Shown: positions 59,971-61,078 of the stretch, piece after piece | Numbering within the stretch: the stretch's first letter is position 1 | How the letters are laid out: each line of letters begins with the position of its first letter | From: Minisyncoccota bacterium | Lineage (GTDB): Bacteria; Patescibacteriota; Minisyncoccia; Phycocordibacterales; DATDSR01 | DNA: 61,078 nucleotides | Direction: 5' to 3' | Assembly (NCBI GenBank): GCA_036517655.1 | Contig: DATDVE010000019.1 | Span: forward strand, 1 to 61,078 | Made by a program: the position numbers and the translations under genes | Notes under the pieces: model-generated | Told to the model about the DNA's origin: nothing | What the model saw: only the letters and a program-made list of their open reading frames with translations | Databases searched by the model: none

Positions 59971-60960
59971 TCATTTGCGTCTAATTACTTTCCTCGCCTT
60001 TTCCATGATTCCTTTTTTGTCTAGGCCAAAGTGTTTGACCAGCTCGTTTGGTTCCCCTGATTGGCCATACACGTCTGGTACACCCACAAATTCAATTGGC
60101 ACTGGATAATTTGCTGCCAGTACTTCGGCCACGGCGCTCCCCATACCAGCTACAACTTGATGCTCCTCAACAGTGACAACTGCTCCCGCACGCTTGGCCA
60201 CTTCAATCACGGCTTTTTCGTCAATGGGTTTAATAGTGTGCAAGTTGAGCACAAGCACACTTGTGCCTTGGTGCCATAGCTCGCTTGCGGCAAGTAAAGC
60301 ATTGTGCACAAGCGAGCCGCAAGCAATGATAGCCACTTCGGGTTTCTCTTTCTCCCAAAGTAAATTAGCCTTGCCAATCTCAAATGGCGACTCATCTGTT
60401 GTGATCACGGGTGTTTTCTCGCGCGCTAAGCGCAAGTAACTAGGCTGATTGTTCTTGGCCAGTGCGAGTGTGGCCTTCTTGGCCTCAATGCTGTCGCAAG
60501 GAGCTACAACAACCATACGCGGCAAAACGCGCATCAGGGCAATGTCTTCGATCGCTTGATGCGTGCCGCCATCTGGACCTACGGACACACCCGCATGCGA
60601 ACCCACAATCTTGACTGGCACATTGTTGTACGTGATAGTAGTGCGAATTTGCTCCCAATTTCTGCCGGGACTAAACATGGCATAACTCGACACAAAAGGG
60701 ATCTTGCCCATGTGAGCGAGACCCGAGGCAACTGTCACAAGATTCTGCTCGGCCACCCCAATCTCGATAAATCGCTTCGGAAACTTGTTGGCAAATAAGT
60801 GCATCTGCGTACTTTCTGTTAAGTCAGCGCAGAGCCCAACAACATTCGCGTCTAGTTCCCCAGCCGCAAGCAAACCCACCCCAAAACCCTTCCTGATTGG
60901 TTCTTGCTCACAATCCCGCTCAAAAATCTTGGGATTTAATTTTTGGTCTTTATTAATCAT
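59971..60960 (-). CDS. Transketolase, C-terminal (pyrimidine-binding plus C-domain) subunit
   Basis: FIEIGVAEQNLVTVASGLAHMGKIPFVSSYAMF, GSHAGVSVGPDGGTHQAIEDIA and a C-terminal TK_C domain. Confidence 0.9.
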   Translation of the reverse strand: MINKDQKLNPKIFERDCEQEPIRKGFGVGLLAAGELDANVVGLCADLTESTQMHLFANKFPKRFIEIGVAEQNLVTVASGLAHMGKIPFVSSYAMFSPGRNWEQIRTTITYNNVPVKIVGSHAGVSVGPDGGTHQAIEDIALMRVLPRMVVVAPCDSIEAKKATLALAKNNQPSYLRLAREKTPVITTDESPFEIGKANLLWEKEKPEVAIIACGSLVHNALLAASELWHQGTSVLVLNLHTIKPIDEKAVIEVAKRAGAVVTVEEHQVVAGMGSAVAEVLAANYPVPIEFVGVPDVYGQSGEPNELVKHFGLDKKGIMEKARKVIRRK

Positions 60961-61078
60961 AGTTATAGTGAAGCTGATCGTCTTGGCAAATGAACTTCAA
61001 CTCGCCGTCCACGAACTGGTAATACTCGAGAGAGAACCCATTCGGCACAAGTAGGAGTGAACTGTCTTTGCGAAAGGC
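60953..61078 (-). CDS. 3' end of an unidentified upstream ORF (cut by window edge)
   Basis: The open minus-strand frame reads ..AFRKDSSLLLVPNGFSLEYYQFVDGELKFICQDDQLHYNYD*. It overlaps the transketolase start by 8 nt. It does not look like a transketolase N-subunit tail. Confidence 0.3.
   Translation of the reverse strand, partial: AFRKDSSLLLVPNGFSLEYYQFVDGELKFICQDDQLHYNYD

Overview
This 61-kb window looks like part of a small, streamlined, AT-leaning bacterial genome. I infer a CPR/Patescibacteria-like organism from gene content: minimal EF-Ts, RF1 and ThrRS, a PaaX-like ORF, giant Asp/Cys-rich surface proteins, and DsbA plus a VKOR-type Trx domain. Most of the roughly 68 genes lie on the minus strand. 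The core backbone is rpoB-rpoC-dnaG-rpoD, rpsP-KH-trmD, rnr, an smc-like gene, rnc, a nusB-Nudix fusion, rpmF, rnhB, dnaE, thrS, gyrB, pheS, a peroxiredoxin, tRNA-Thr(UGU), tsf, rpsB, prfA, rpmE, rplY, fba and a transketolase C-subunit. I saw no rRNA and no CRISPR array. The observations most worth a second look are: (1) about eleven visibly GC-rich micro-islands with their own sigma70-like promoters, GGAGG Shine-Dalgarno (SD) sites and GC-rich terminators, spliced between core genes that mostly lack SDs and look leaderless; (2) a RAYT-type Y1 transposase bracketed by three perfect copies of a 21-nt REP-like palindrome between trmD and rpoB; (3) a mitochondrial-type monomeric PheRS (PheS catalytic core fused to an FDX-ACB domain); (4) a 681-aa hinge-less SMC with a CxxC at the coiled-coil apex next to an in-frame DNA palindrome; (5) a roughly 65-bp structured promoter/operator module shared upstream of smc and rnhB/dnaE; (6) a surface locus in which a 12-repeat TSP3 adhesin and a small secreted protein share a 125-aa C-terminal module on either side of a cellulose-synthase-like GT2; (7) a PaaX-like gene framed by 37-bp inverted repeats; (8) a 450-bp GC-rich unit with no convincing ORF and periodic CTTCC repeats upstream of thrS; (9) a NusB-Nudix fusion. 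All family calls come from motif recognition by eye, with no database search. GC statements rest on hand counts of sample lines.
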